Made by a program: the position numbers and the translations under genes | NCBI GenBank assembly: GCA_020633295.1 | Contig: JACKDW010000006.1 | Coordinates: 206,181 to 270,180 of the forward strand | Length of the DNA stretch: 64,000 nt | Direction of reading: 5' to 3' | From: Myxococcales bacterium | Lineage (GTDB): Bacteria > Myxococcota_A > Polyangia > Nannocystales > Nannocystaceae | The notes under the pieces: generated by a model | The model's input: the letters and a program-made list of their open reading frames with translations, nothing else | Told to the model about the DNA's origin: nothing | Database searches by the model: none | In this document: positions 33,351 through 43,928 of the stretch, piece by piece | Layout: every line of letters begins with the position of its first letter | Numbering within the stretch: position 1 is the first letter of the stretch

Positions 33351-34403
33351 ATGGCGACCCGCAGCACGCGCTCCTTGCTCGTGGCCAATCCCACGGCTCG
33401 CACCGGGCGAGCCGGAAAAGCCATCGACGCGGCCATGGAGCGGCTCGAGCGCGCGCGCCTGCGTCCGGAGTTCTTCGCCACCCTGCCCGACGGCGCCACG
33501 GTCCCCAAGCTCGCCGACCGGCTGGAGCACGGCGACATCGGTCGCGTGATCTACCTGGGCGGCGACGGGACGTTCGCCGAGACGGCCAAGGGCATCATCC
33601 TCGCCCGCGAGCGCTACGGCGTCGACATCCCGCTCGGCATGCTGCCGATGGGCACCGCGAACGACCAGGGCCGCTCGTTCGGCATCTACGCGGGCGTGCG
33701 CGCGCTCGACCGCAACATCGAGATCATCGCGCAGGGCATCGAGAGCTGGCTCGACGTCGGGCGCGTCGAGACGCTCGACGAGGCCGGCGAGGTCATCGCC
33801 CAGGACCTGTGGTTCGACAGCTGGGGCGTGGGGCTGTCCGCCCAGATCCTCGCGACGCGCAACCGCGACAAGGTGCTCGTCGCCAAGGTCCCGGTGCTGC
33901 GCCAGATCTACCGCGACCGGGTCATCTACGTGCGCGCCGGCGTCAGCCACTTCCTCCGCTCGCTGATCAAGCGCAAGCGCTTCGCCGCCGAGCTCACCGT
34001 CGACGGCGAGCGCATCGAGTACGCGTCGCTCACCGACATCGTCGTCAAGGGCACGCTGCTGTTCGGCGGCGACTGGATCTTCGCCGAGGAGGGCAAGCCC
34101 GACGACGGCAAGTTCGAGGTCGTCATCATGCAGGGCCACACCGACTGGGCGCGCGCGACGATCGCCAACCACAAGCGCAACCCCGTCACCGGCGACGACA
34201 TGGCCGTGCTCGGGCTCGCGAAGAAGGAGCGCCCGATCCACCAGGGCAAGCACATCGAGGTCCGGCTGTTCCGACCGACCGGGATCCCGGCGCTGCACTC
34301 GCAGATCGACGGCGAGGAGTTCCGCTACGCCGATCACTACCGGATCGAGAACCTCTACCACCACCTCCGGATCATCGTGCCCGAGAGCCCCCACTGGGTT
34401 TAA
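33351..34403 (+). CDS. Diacylglycerol/lipid kinase catalytic-domain protein (DAGK_cat, YegS/BmrU-like)
   Basis: Start at the internal ATG (MATRSTRSLLVANPTARTG). GGDGT motif (IYLGGDGTF). Confidence 0.75.
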   Translation: MATRSTRSLLVANPTARTGRAGKAIDAAMERLERARLRPEFFATLPDGATVPKLADRLEHGDIGRVIYLGGDGTFAETAKGIILARERYGVDIPLGMLPMGTANDQGRSFGIYAGVRALDRNIEIIAQGIESWLDVGRVETLDEAGEVIAQDLWFDSWGVGLSAQILATRNRDKVLVAKVPVLRQIYRDRVIYVRAGVSHFLRSLIKRKRFAAELTVDGERIEYASLTDIVVKGTLLFGGDWIFAEEGKPDDGKFEVVIMQGHTDWARATIANHKRNPVTGDDMAVLGLAKKERPIHQGKHIEVRLFRPTGIPALHSQIDGEEFRYADHYRIENLYHHLRIIVPESPHWV

Positions 34404-34465
34404 CATCACCGGGCCCCGAACCCCCGGCGGCGCGTCGGCGCCGGCGCGCGCGGAGCGTCAATCAC

Positions 34466-35446
34466 ATGGCTAGAAAGACATCTTCTACAACGCGCCTCTC
34501 GCTCGCCGCGCTCGCGCTCAGCGGCGCGCTCGCCTGCGATCGCGGCGAGCAGGCCGGCGACCCGCCGGTCACGAAGTCCGAGTCGCCCGCGAAGCCCGAC
34601 AAGGCGGCGCCGCCCGAGGCCGATCCGCTCCGCGACCCGGAGCTGATCACCAACAAGCTCGGCCCCTACGCCGCGTGCATTAACACGACGCGGCCCTTCG
34701 TCGCGCGGCACTATCGCCGCTACACCGACCGGGTCGAGGGCGACGGCGCGCTCAAGCGCGGCGCCAAGGGCCCCGCCCCCGCCGCGCTGCCGGAGGCCGC
34801 GCTCACCCCCTGCGAGAAGGCGCTGCGCGAGGGCAAGCACCTGTCCCCGCCGCTGCCGGAGGTCGAGGCGGCCGCCGCCGAGTACGACACGCGCACGCGC
34901 GAGTACGCCGCGCTCGCCAGCAAGGCGAGCGAGGCGATCGCCGCCAAGGACAAGGACGCGATCACGTCGCTGCACGAGGACCTCGTCGCCGCCTACGATC
35001 GCTGGGACAACGCCAACCTCGAGCTCACGGAGGCGCTCGACGCCCTGCAGGAGCAGGCCGACCGCGACGCGCTCGCGCGCGTCGAGGCGCGCGCGGGTAA
35101 GGGCCTCGAGTACCGCGCCCGCGAGCTCGTGATCTCGAGTCGCGGCTTCGCGCACTGCCTGGCGTCGATCGACCGCGCGAGCTGCAGCGACGCCCTCTCG
35201 TCGCTCCAGCGCGCCCACACGGCCTACGGCGAGGCTGCGGGCGACGCCGCGATCCCGGGCGTCGAGGCGCTCAGCGCGGCCGCCCAGACCTTCGTCACGG
35301 CCGCGCGCGCGGCCACCGAGTCGCTCGCCAAGGACCCCGAGTCCACCGACGCGGTCGCGGCGGCGTTCGCCGGCTACAACGAGCTGGTGCGCGCGAGCGG
35401 CGGCCTGGACTTCTCCAAGGCGAAGCCCGTCGCGCCCGCGCCCTGA
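34466..35446 (+). CDS. Hypothetical lipoprotein (326 aa), helical/Ala-rich
   Basis: Signal/lipobox LAALALSGALACDRG. No recognised domain. Confidence 0.5.
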   Translation: MARKTSSTTRLSLAALALSGALACDRGEQAGDPPVTKSESPAKPDKAAPPEADPLRDPELITNKLGPYAACINTTRPFVARHYRRYTDRVEGDGALKRGAKGPAPAALPEAALTPCEKALREGKHLSPPLPEVEAAAAEYDTRTREYAALASKASEAIAAKDKDAITSLHEDLVAAYDRWDNANLELTEALDALQEQADRDALARVEARAGKGLEYRARELVISSRGFAHCLASIDRASCSDALSSLQRAHTAYGEAAGDAAIPGVEALSAAAQTFVTAARAATESLAKDPESTDAVAAAFAGYNELVRASGGLDFSKAKPVAPAP

Positions 35447-35456
35447 GCCGCGACGC

Positions 35457-36848
35457 TCACGCTCGCCGACGGCGCCGCGCGAGCCCGACCAGGCCGATCA
35501 GCGTCGCGAGGCCGAGCCCGCCCGCGCCCGTTCCGGAGGCCGGGTCCACGGCGCAGCCCTTCTTCGTCGCGCCGGGTTCGTCCTCGATCGACGGCGGGTG
35601 CTCCTCGTTGCCGAGCGCGTCCTCCCAGTTGTCGTAGGTCTCCTCGCTGCCCTCGTCGCTCGTGCCGCCGCCGACCGAGGAGTCCTCGCCGCTGTCGCCG
35701 CTGCTCCCGGACTCGCCGCCGCCGCTCGAGGCGTCGCTCGCGGGCAGCTCCGGGCTCGACAGCGTCGCGGTCGCCGGCACCTTGATGTTCGCCGGACGCT
35801 TGCGCGCGCCCGCGAGCTGCGTCCACTTGGCGGGGATCTTGCCGCTGGGCGGGGGCTTCTGCGCCGTCAGGATGTAGGCCGCGCGCCGGTTGCGAGCCTC
35901 GTCCACGTTGTCGCCGGTGGGCACCGCGAGCCCGTTCTCACCCATGCCGGCGTAGAAGATCTCGCACCAGATGCCCTTCTTCTTGAAGTACTCGGCGATC
36001 GCCTTCGCGCGCCCGCGCGAGAGCTTTTGGTTCTTGCCCGCGTTCCCGACCGTGTCGGTGTAGCCGATGATGTACAGCTGCGCGGTGATGTTGTCGCCGA
36101 CGGCCTCGTTGATGCGCTCGAGCGCGACCAGCTCCTTGACCGCGGCGTCGAAGGCCTTGTCGACCTTGGGCGCCTCGCCCTCCTTGATGACCGCCTTGCC
36201 GCTGTCGAAGATCACGTCGACGTGCGGGATATCGACCTGCCAGGGCACGAGGCGGTAGGCGCCCGTCTGCCCCTGCTCGCCGACGGCCTTGAGCTCGACC
36301 ATGAACAGCGGCAGCTCGGGCCAGGTGAACTCGAGGATGTCGCCGTTGCCGTACTCGCCGGAGCCGCCGGTCTTGGTGTGGGCGACCGCGCCGCTGGTGT
36401 CATAGACGTTGAACTCGTAGGACTTGACGTCGAACACGACCTGGAACTTCGCGGTCCGGCGGTCGACGATGTCCTCGCGCGAGCACTTCGGGATGATGCG
36501 GCCCGGGCCCGTCGACTTGGCGCCCTCGGTCGCCTTGACGATCTCGAAGTTCGTCTTGCCCTGGATCCCCGGCCCCGCGAGCTCCATGGTGTAGCTGGCG
36601 CGCGGCGTCTGCTGCACCCAGTCGATCCGGTGCTTCTCCCCGCTCTTGAGCGGCGGGACCTTCTTCTTGATCGTCTGGCCGTCGCCCTTGATCGTGACAT
36701 CCATCGCCGGCAGATCGCCGCCCTTGGCCGAGACCTCGACGAACGCCTCGCCGGTCGGCCTGGCCTCGTTGGAGAAGGTGTAGGAGAAACCACCGGCCGA
36801 GAGCAGCACGGCCAGGACGAGACCTGCGAGATTCGAGGCGAGGGGCAT
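35457..36848 (-). CDS. OmpA-like domain protein with Gly/Ser/Asp-rich linker and C-terminal MYXO-CTERM-like sorting signal
   Basis: OmpA-C-like segment YIIGYTDTVGNAGKNQKLSRGRAKAIAEYF...NRRAAYIL. Terminal GCAVDPASGTGAGGLGLATLIGLVGLARRRRRA (Cys + TM + basic tail). Confidence 0.7.
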   Translation of the reverse strand: MPLASNLAGLVLAVLLSAGGFSYTFSNEARPTGEAFVEVSAKGGDLPAMDVTIKGDGQTIKKKVPPLKSGEKHRIDWVQQTPRASYTMELAGPGIQGKTNFEIVKATEGAKSTGPGRIIPKCSREDIVDRRTAKFQVVFDVKSYEFNVYDTSGAVAHTKTGGSGEYGNGDILEFTWPELPLFMVELKAVGEQGQTGAYRLVPWQVDIPHVDVIFDSGKAVIKEGEAPKVDKAFDAAVKELVALERINEAVGDNITAQLYIIGYTDTVGNAGKNQKLSRGRAKAIAEYFKKKGIWCEIFYAGMGENGLAVPTGDNVDEARNRRAAYILTAQKPPPSGKIPAKWTQLAGARKRPANIKVPATATLSSPELPASDASSGGGESGSSGDSGEDSSVGGGTSDEGSEETYDNWEDALGNEEHPPSIEDEPGATKKGCAVDPASGTGAGGLGLATLIGLVGLARRRRRA

Positions 36849-37037
36849 GATCGTTCCCTGGTGTCACCGATCGGGGGCCAGCGCGCCCCCGGAGCCTCGG
36901 GACGATACCACGGGGGGGCGCCTGCGCGGCGCGTCGACGCGCGCCGTGCGTCTCGCGACGCGCCGACGCGGCGAGGTCGCAAGACCCCAAGGACATGTCG
37001 AATACGCCCGCTCGCCGCGCGCGCCGACGAGCGTCGC

Positions 37038-37067
37038 TTGACACCGCGTCGCCCGACCTCGTAACCA
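37038..37067 (+). promoter_or_regulatory. Candidate sigma-70-type promoter TTGACA-N18-TAACCA ending 6 nt before the ATG of 37074 (implies leaderless mRNA)
   Basis: Read directly. No RBS before the ATG. Confidence 0.25.
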
Positions 37068-37073
37068 CCGGGA

Positions 37074-37736
37074 ATGGGAAAGTTCCTCGCAGGGCTCGCG
37101 CTCGCCTCGGCCGCCTGGGCCGTCGCCTGGTGGCAGTTCGGCCCGGGGCTCACGAGCGCGCCGTGCGACGACCGCTGCGGCGAGGGCACCGTGTGCACAG
37201 ACGAGCGCTGCGCGCCGGAATCGCCCGCGCTCGAGGAGCCCGTCGCGGAGGACGAGAAAGCCGGCAAGCGCAAGAAGCGACGCAGGCGACGCGGCGGACG
37301 ACGACGCGGCGGATCGGATCCCGGGGCCAGCTCGGACGACGCGGCCTGGGCCGAGGAGGAGCTGCCCCCGTTCACGCCGGTCAACGACAAGCACATCCCG
37401 CCGTACCGCGACAAGACCGTCAACCTCGACGACTACGGCAGCGAGCGGCTCTCCGACAGCGTCGTCAACCAGCACATGAGCCGCCTGACGGGGCGCTTCC
37501 AGAAGTGCATCGAGACCGCGGCGATGTACAGCGACGAGGAGCTCGGCGCGGGCACGCTGAGCTTCAAGCTCCGGATCGGTCCCGAGGGCAAGGTCGAGGG
37601 CGTCTCGGTCACCGCGCCCGCGAACCTCAAGGTCTTCGGCATCGTCCCGTGCTCGCGCAAGGCGGTCTACGACCACCGGTTCCCGAAGTTCGACGGGCCG
37701 CCGATGGGCGTCGACTTCAGCTTTGACGTCGGGTAG
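37074..37736 (+). CDS. Secreted Cys/Lys/Arg-rich protein with conserved C-terminal domain (possibly AgmX/PglI-C, TonB-C-like)
   Basis: Signal peptide. CxxxCxxxxC cluster. Basic KRKKRRRRRGGRRRGG stretch. Conserved ~110-aa C-terminus. Confidence 0.5.
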   Translation: MGKFLAGLALASAAWAVAWWQFGPGLTSAPCDDRCGEGTVCTDERCAPESPALEEPVAEDEKAGKRKKRRRRRGGRRRGGSDPGASSDDAAWAEEELPPFTPVNDKHIPPYRDKTVNLDDYGSERLSDSVVNQHMSRLTGRFQKCIETAAMYSDEELGAGTLSFKLRIGPEGKVEGVSVTAPANLKVFGIVPCSRKAVYDHRFPKFDGPPMGVDFSFDVG

Positions 37737-37821
37737 CGCGGCGCGTCAGCTCGAGCCTGTCCGATCGATCACGCCGGAACAAACCGGCGCGCTCGAGCCT
37801 CTGCAGCGCGCCCGCGCGCGC

Positions 37822-38859
37822 CTACTCGAACGCGTCCTCGAGCAGCACCTTCTTCGACTGCTTCGAGCTCGGCTTCGAGGCCTTGGGCGCGGCCTTGCGC
37901 TTCGACTTCACCATGCTGCCGGTGAGCCCCTCCTGACTCGCGATCCACGAGTCGATCGAGGGCGCCGCCTCGCGCGCCTGGTTGAAGTAGCGGAACGCGG
38001 ACTTGCTGTCGCCGTCGTACTCGGCGCACAGCCCGAGCCCCGCGAACGCGCGCGCCTGGTGTATCCCCGTGGCGCCGGTCGCCTGCTCGTAGAGCTCCAT
38101 CGCCTGCGAGCAGCGACCGCGCTGCCGCAGCGTGTCGGCCTTCTCGATCAGCGCGGCCGCGTCGAACTTGTCCTTGGCCTCCTCGGGCTCGGGCTCCAGC
38201 GCGTCGTCGAGCTCCGCCCCCGCATACCCCTTGGACGCGCTCGCCTCGGACTTCTTGGCGCGCGTCGGCTTGGCGTCCTCCGCCGCGTACGCGCCCCCGG
38301 CGTCACCCGCCGCCGCGGCCTCCGGCATGGGCGCGGGCGCGGCGGCGCTGGGGGGCGGCGGCGCGTCCTCGTCGGCCGCCGCCTCCTCTTCGACGCGCGC
38401 CTCGACGGCATCGAGCTGCGCGACCTGCTGGGCCTCCGCCTTCGCGGTGACGGTCGAGACCGCGGGCGCCTCGTCTGCGGGGGGTTGCATGATCACGAGC
38501 AGCGCCGCCGCCGTGCCCGCGAGCACGACCCCGGGCAGCACGAACGATCGCCGCAGGCGCGTCCAGAAGCCGACGCCCGGCTTCTCCGGCGCCGGGCTCA
38601 CAGATGACCCAGAGGACAGGGCCTCGGCGATCACGTCGTCCAGCGCGCCGACGGGCACGTCGACCATTGGGAGCGCCTCGCGGCCGAGCGCGAGCAGCTC
38701 TCGATACTCCTCGAGCCGCGCGCGCACGGAGCTGGGCGCGTCGTCCGGGAGCGCGCGCGCCGGGTCAAAGTCGGGCGCGTCGCAGCCCTCGAGCGCGTCC
38801 TCGAGGAGGTCGAGCTCGGCCGGCGAGAACTCGGCGGCGCCGAAGGAGTCACCGCTCAC
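37822..38859 (-). CDS. Membrane protein: acidic cytoplasmic N-terminus, one TM helix, periplasmic Ala/Glu-rich region and C-terminal TPR (anti-sigma-factor-like architecture)
   Basis: TM FVLPGVVLAGTAAALLVIM. C-terminal TPR-like helices. 345 aa. Confidence 0.5.
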   Translation of the reverse strand: MSGDSFGAAEFSPAELDLLEDALEGCDAPDFDPARALPDDAPSSVRARLEEYRELLALGREALPMVDVPVGALDDVIAEALSSGSSVSPAPEKPGVGFWTRLRRSFVLPGVVLAGTAAALLVIMQPPADEAPAVSTVTAKAEAQQVAQLDAVEARVEEEAAADEDAPPPPSAAAPAPMPEAAAAGDAGGAYAAEDAKPTRAKKSEASASKGYAGAELDDALEPEPEEAKDKFDAAALIEKADTLRQRGRCSQAMELYEQATGATGIHQARAFAGLGLCAEYDGDSKSAFRYFNQAREAAPSIDSWIASQEGLTGSMVKSKRKAAPKASKPSSKQSKKVLLEDAFE

Positions 38860-39087
38860 GCGAACTCTCCACGCGAGTCGCCTGGGGGACGCTCCCCCCA
38901 GCGCGGGTACGCTCGCTCGTGCTCAGACGCGTCATGTCGGGCTCTCAGAGGCTCCGGAGGTTCCTAGAATGTGCACCTCGTGGCGACGTTCAGGCAACCC
39001 CTCCCGTCGCGCGCCGCGCTTCGATCGTCACGACCAAAGAACGCGCCCGCTCGCGCGGGGGTCTCACGCCGCGAGGTTAACGTCGTG

Positions 39088-40161
39088 TCAAAGCACACGC
39101 GATGCCTCGGGCTTGTACGAACGGACAGGTGGAACCCAGATCCAGCCGTCCTCGAGCCAGAGCGCGTCGCGATCGAGTGACTCGATGGCGTCGGCGACCG
39201 CCGCACCTCGTCCCTCCATGTGCTCCGAGCGCTCCGGACGCGCGCCGCCTTCGGCCTCCGAACCGGGCCCGTCGATGAGATCTCGAGGGCCGCGCCAGCG
39301 CTCCCACGCCCACGCGAACGCCGTGTACGCGGCGATCACGGCGTCGAACACGTGGGGGCTGCGAACCACAACCTCGGGCCAGACATAGGCGAGGGCGAGC
39401 GCCCGCGCGCCCGCGGCGTCCCCAGGCTCGAGCAGCGCGGCGTCCGACAGCTCCGCGAGCACGCGCTTGCGCAGCGCCCAGATCGCCTCGGCGGTGCCGT
39501 GTCGCAGCCGGTGCTCGACGCTCGCGCCGAACAGCCGGATCACGGTCGCGGGCGGGTGCACCTCGATCAAATTCTCGTGCAGGCGCAAGCGCGGCGAGAG
39601 CACGCGGCGCAGGTACGCCGCGCGAGCGGACAGCGGGCCCATGCCCTGCCCCAGCGACTCCCGCGGCTTGAGCCCCGCGCAGGTCAGCAGCAGATCGACG
39701 GCGCGCTGCGTGTACGGCGTGACCGCGGGCTTCCCAGGATCCGAGCGCCGGCGCTCGGCGATGCGCGACGCGTGCGCGCGCATCCAGCCCACGACCGGCA
39801 CCGGGCACTCGCTGACGCCGGGGCACGGGAGCTGACAGCGGATGCAGGGCGGCAGCGTGAGCGGGGCGTTGATCGCGACGACGGTGTCGTCGTCGACCCA
39901 GCGCCGCAGGTACTCGATGAGCACGTCGTCGCGGAACAGCGGATCGCCGTGCCCGTCGTGGCTGTCCTCTCCGCCACCTCGATGACCTCGCCGCACGCGC
40001 GCCTCGGCCAGCTGCAGGCGCGGCGTCTCGCCCTCGTTGTCGATCTCGAGCCGCGCGACCGCGGTGCTCTTCCCGCGGCCGCCGCCGAGGTTGATCCCGA
40101 TGTAGCGCGTGAACGCGCGAGCTTGATGAGCGCCCTCGGTCACGGGGTCTCCACTCCTCAT
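39088..40161 (-). CDS. Hypothetical protein, DUF429-like (predicted RNase H-like fold) with Cys cluster PPCIRCQLPCPGVSEC
   Basis: N-terminal YIGINLGGGRGKSTAVARLE resembles DUF429. 357 aa. Confidence 0.45.
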   Translation of the reverse strand: MRSGDPVTEGAHQARAFTRYIGINLGGGRGKSTAVARLEIDNEGETPRLQLAEARVRRGHRGGGEDSHDGHGDPLFRDDVLIEYLRRWVDDDTVVAINAPLTLPPCIRCQLPCPGVSECPVPVVGWMRAHASRIAERRRSDPGKPAVTPYTQRAVDLLLTCAGLKPRESLGQGMGPLSARAAYLRRVLSPRLRLHENLIEVHPPATVIRLFGASVEHRLRHGTAEAIWALRKRVLAELSDAALLEPGDAAGARALALAYVWPEVVVRSPHVFDAVIAAYTAFAWAWERWRGPRDLIDGPGSEAEGGARPERSEHMEGRGAAVADAIESLDRDALWLEDGWIWVPPVRSYKPEASRVL

Positions 40162-40263
40162 ACCGATATACCGGCCCGTGCTGGCCGCGCGCGGCGACCT
40201 GTCACAAAGAACAGGTAAACGGTCGCGTGAGGACTCACGCGACCGCGCGCGCGGCTCGAGAGT

Positions 40264-40920
<657 letters not shown>

Positions 40921-41115
40921 GGGTACAACAATTGAATGTAGTCCGGGCGTCGCGGCTGGTCAGACCGTGAACCTGGAGCGGAGTGCTGCTTTGAAAACGG
41001 CTGGTTCTCGTGGGGAGAAAAGCCACAGATCACCAGCATAGACCCTGCCTGACCCCGGTCGCAACTGGCCGCGCGCAGATCGTCACGACCGCAGCCTCGC
41101 ACGCGCCGACGTCTG

Positions 41116-42282
41116 TCACCCGCTCGCGGTCGTCCCGCGTCGCGCGTCGCCCTGCGCGTCCGCGAGTTGTACGCGCAAGCTGGCAATTTCCGCCTCGAGC
41201 GCGTCGACGGGGCGCAGCGTGAGACGCTCGAGCTCCAGGGCGGCTTGCTCGAGCTCCCATCGCGCCGCGACCAAGCCCGCTCGCAGCGCGTCCGCGCGCG
41301 CGTCCTCGAGCGTCTCCGACGCGACGCCGCGCGCGGGTTCGAGCGCCTGAGAGCGCAACTCGAGCGCGTCGGCGAGATCGCGCTCCAGCGCCTCTACGCG
41401 CGCGCCGAGGGTCGCGCCGCGGGCCAGCGCGCGCTCGAGCTCGGCCAGCGACGCCTGCCGCGCGAGCTCGGCGAGCTCGGCCTGTCGTCGCGCCCGCGCG
41501 TACTGGCGCCGGAGCAGCTCCACGGTCTGCGCGAGCGGCGAGGCGCCCGCGCCGTCACGCGCGTCCTCGGGCGCGTCGTCCTCGCCCGGCAGCTCGACGA
41601 GCGTCATCCCGTCGGGCGGCGCGACGCCGTTGATGAGCGCCAGCGCGTAGGCGTAGCGAGGTGTCTCCGAGGCCAGGGTGTTGTCGAACACGATCGGCAC
41701 GTCGGCGTCGTCGCCCTCGCGGACCGCGTCCTCGCCGACCGCGCCGCAGTCGAACACCCCCACGCCGTCGACCGGCGAGAGCGCGTAGAGCCGCGCGCCC
41801 GCGAAGCGGCGCAGCACCGCGTCGGCGAGCTCGCCGAGCGCCGGCTCGATCGCGGCGCCCGCGGTCAGCGGCTCGAGCAGCGCGACCGTGCGACCACGAG
41901 CTGCCCCTTCGGCCAGGGCGTCGAGCACCGCCTCGCGCGCGCCCGCGTCGCGCCAGGCCGACGGGCGCGCGAGCGCGACCTCCCACGCGACGTCGCTGCG
42001 CAGCCGCGCGCCCGCCGAGTCCGCGGCGAGGACCCGCGTCCCGCGGGCCTCTTCGCCGCCCTCCGCGGTCCACGTCACCCGCCAGACGCGCGCCCGCCCC
42101 GGCGCGGCGGGCACGAGCGAGTCGAGCGCGTCGCGGGCGGGCGTGCCCGGCGGCCCGAAGCTCGCCGTGCGCCCGCGGGCCAGCGCCCGGTCGAGCTCGG
42201 GATCCGCGATCACCCGCCTGCGATCCCGCCACTGCTCGCCGAGAAACGCGTAGACGGCGAGCCAGCGGGGGACGGAGAGCAT
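41116..42282 (-). CDS. Hypothetical protein with C-terminal coiled-coil (Ala/Glu/Arg/Leu heptads)
   Basis: 388 aa. Divergent from prfA. Confidence 0.4.
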   Translation of the reverse strand: MLSVPRWLAVYAFLGEQWRDRRRVIADPELDRALARGRTASFGPPGTPARDALDSLVPAAPGRARVWRVTWTAEGGEEARGTRVLAADSAGARLRSDVAWEVALARPSAWRDAGAREAVLDALAEGAARGRTVALLEPLTAGAAIEPALGELADAVLRRFAGARLYALSPVDGVGVFDCGAVGEDAVREGDDADVPIVFDNTLASETPRYAYALALINGVAPPDGMTLVELPGEDDAPEDARDGAGASPLAQTVELLRRQYARARRQAELAELARQASLAELERALARGATLGARVEALERDLADALELRSQALEPARGVASETLEDARADALRAGLVAARWELEQAALELERLTLRPVDALEAEIASLRVQLADAQGDARRGTTASG

Positions 42283-42398
42283 GACGCGGTACTGATAGCC
42301 TGCCTTCGCCCTGCGGGGAATCCCCGGCGCCCGGCCGCCGTCGGCGCGCGACGTTGCTGCGTGCGCGGATCCAGGCTAGGTTCGCGGTCTTTCGAGCC

Positions 42399-43478
42399 AT
42401 GGACTCCTCGATCCTCGCCAAACTCGAGCGCATCGCCGACCGTCACGAAGAGCTCAACGCGATGCTCTGCGACCCCGAGATCGCCTCGGACAAGCGGCGC
42501 TTCCTCGAGCTCTCGCGCGAGCACGCGGACACCGACGCGATCGTCACGTCGTTTCGCGAATTTCGTCAGGTCGAGAACAACCTCGAGGAGGCGCGCGAGC
42601 TGCTCTCCGACCCGGACATGCGCGAGCTCGCCGAGGCGGACGTCGAGGAGCTGCAGGAGCGGATCGTCGAGCTCGAGGCGCGCCTGCAGAAGCAGCTGCT
42701 GCCCAAGGACCCCAACGACAGCAAGAACGTGATGCTCGAGATCCGCGCGGGCACGGGCGGCGAGGAGGCGGCGCTGTTCGCCGCGGACCTCTGGCGCATG
42801 TACTCGCGCTTCGCCGAGCGCCAGGGCTGGTCGGTCGAGCCCATGAACTTCAGCGAGGCGAGCGCGGGCGGCCTCAAGGAGGTCGTCGGGCTGATCAAGG
42901 GGCGCGACGTCTACGCGATGCTGAAGTTCGAAAGCGGCGTGCACCGGGTCCAGCGCGTGCCCGCCACGGAGTCGCAGGGCCGCATCCACACCTCGGCCGC
43001 GACCGTCGCCATCATGCCGGAGGCCGAGGACGTCGACATCGACATCAACCCGGCGGACCTCGAGTGGCAGGTCATGCGCTCGAGCGGCGCGGGCGGTCAG
43101 CACGTCAACACCACGGACTCCGCGGTCCGCGTGATCCACAAGCCCACCGGCCTCGCGGTCCGCTCGGACCAGGAGAAGTCGCAGACGAAGAACCGCGAGA
43201 TCGCGCTCCGGCTGCTGCGCTCGCGCATGCTCGACGCCGAGATCCAGCGCGTTAACGCCGAGCGCGCCGCCCACCGCAAGGACCAGGTCGGCTCGGGCGA
43301 CCGCTCCGAGAAGGTCCGCACCTACAACTACCCGCAGGACCGCGTCACCGATCACCGCATCGGGCTCACGCGCCACAACCTGCCCGCGTTCATGGACGGC
43401 GACGTGGGCGACGTCGTGGAGGCGCTGCGCGCCCATGACGAAGCGGCGCGGCTGGCCGAGGCCAAGCGCGAGCCCTGA
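42399..43478 (+). CDS. prfA: Peptide chain release factor 1
   Basis: GGQ motif ([13 protein letters not shown]). RF1-type tripeptide region [12 protein letters not shown]. Start at the Met aligning with the canonical RF1 N-terminus ([10 protein letters not shown]). Confidence 0.9.
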   Translation: MDSSILAKLERIADRHEELNAMLCDPEIASDKRRFLELSREHADTDAIVTSFREFRQVENNLEEARELLSDPDMRELAEADVEELQERIVELEARLQKQLLPKDPNDSKNVMLEIRAGTGGEEAALFAADLWRMYSRFAERQGWSVEPMNFSEASAGGLKEVVGLIKGRDVYAMLKFESGVHRVQRVPATESQGRIHTSAATVAIMPEAEDVDIDINPADLEWQVMRSSGAGGQHVNTTDSAVRVIHKPTGLAVRSDQEKSQTKNREIALRLLRSRMLDAEIQRVNAERAAHRKDQVGSGDRSEKVRTYNYPQDRVTDHRIGLTRHNLPAFMDGDVGDVVEALRAHDEAARLAEAKREP

Positions 43479-43536
43479 CGCAGGACCGCTCGAGCATGGA
43501 CACGACGGCACCCCGCGCGCGCCCTCGGAGGACCCC

Positions 43537-43869
43537 GTGAAACGCACGGTGCAGGTCGAGATCGCGGGCCAGCGCCTGACGATCCGCAGCGACGAGGGGC
43601 CCGACTACGTGCACGAGCTCGCGACCTACGTCGACGCGCACCTCCAGCAGCTCTCGGGCGGGCGCCGGACGACGAGCCCGCAGCGGGTCGCGCTGCTGGT
43701 CGCCATGCAGATCGCCGATGAGCTGTTCCGCGAGCGCGACCTGCACGCGCAGCTTCGCGCCCGGGTCTCGCGCAAGCTCGCGGCGCTCGGCGAGGCCATG
43801 GACGCCCACGAGCGCCGCCTCGCGCAGCTCGGGGACGAGCCGCTCGAGCACGCCAGCGCGCCCGAGTGA
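43537..43869 (+). CDS. zapA: Cell division protein ZapA
   Basis: VQVEIAGQRLTIRSDE...YVHELATYVD is ZapA-like. GTG start after GGAGGA (RBS). Confidence 0.65.
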   Translation: MKRTVQVEIAGQRLTIRSDEGPDYVHELATYVDAHLQQLSGGRRTTSPQRVALLVAMQIADELFRERDLHAQLRARVSRKLAALGEAMDAHERRLAQLGDEPLEHASAPE

Positions 43870-43928
43870 GCCGCCGCCTCACGCCAGCTCGTCGCGATCA
43901 CCTGTAAGGACCGCCGCCGCCGCTCACA

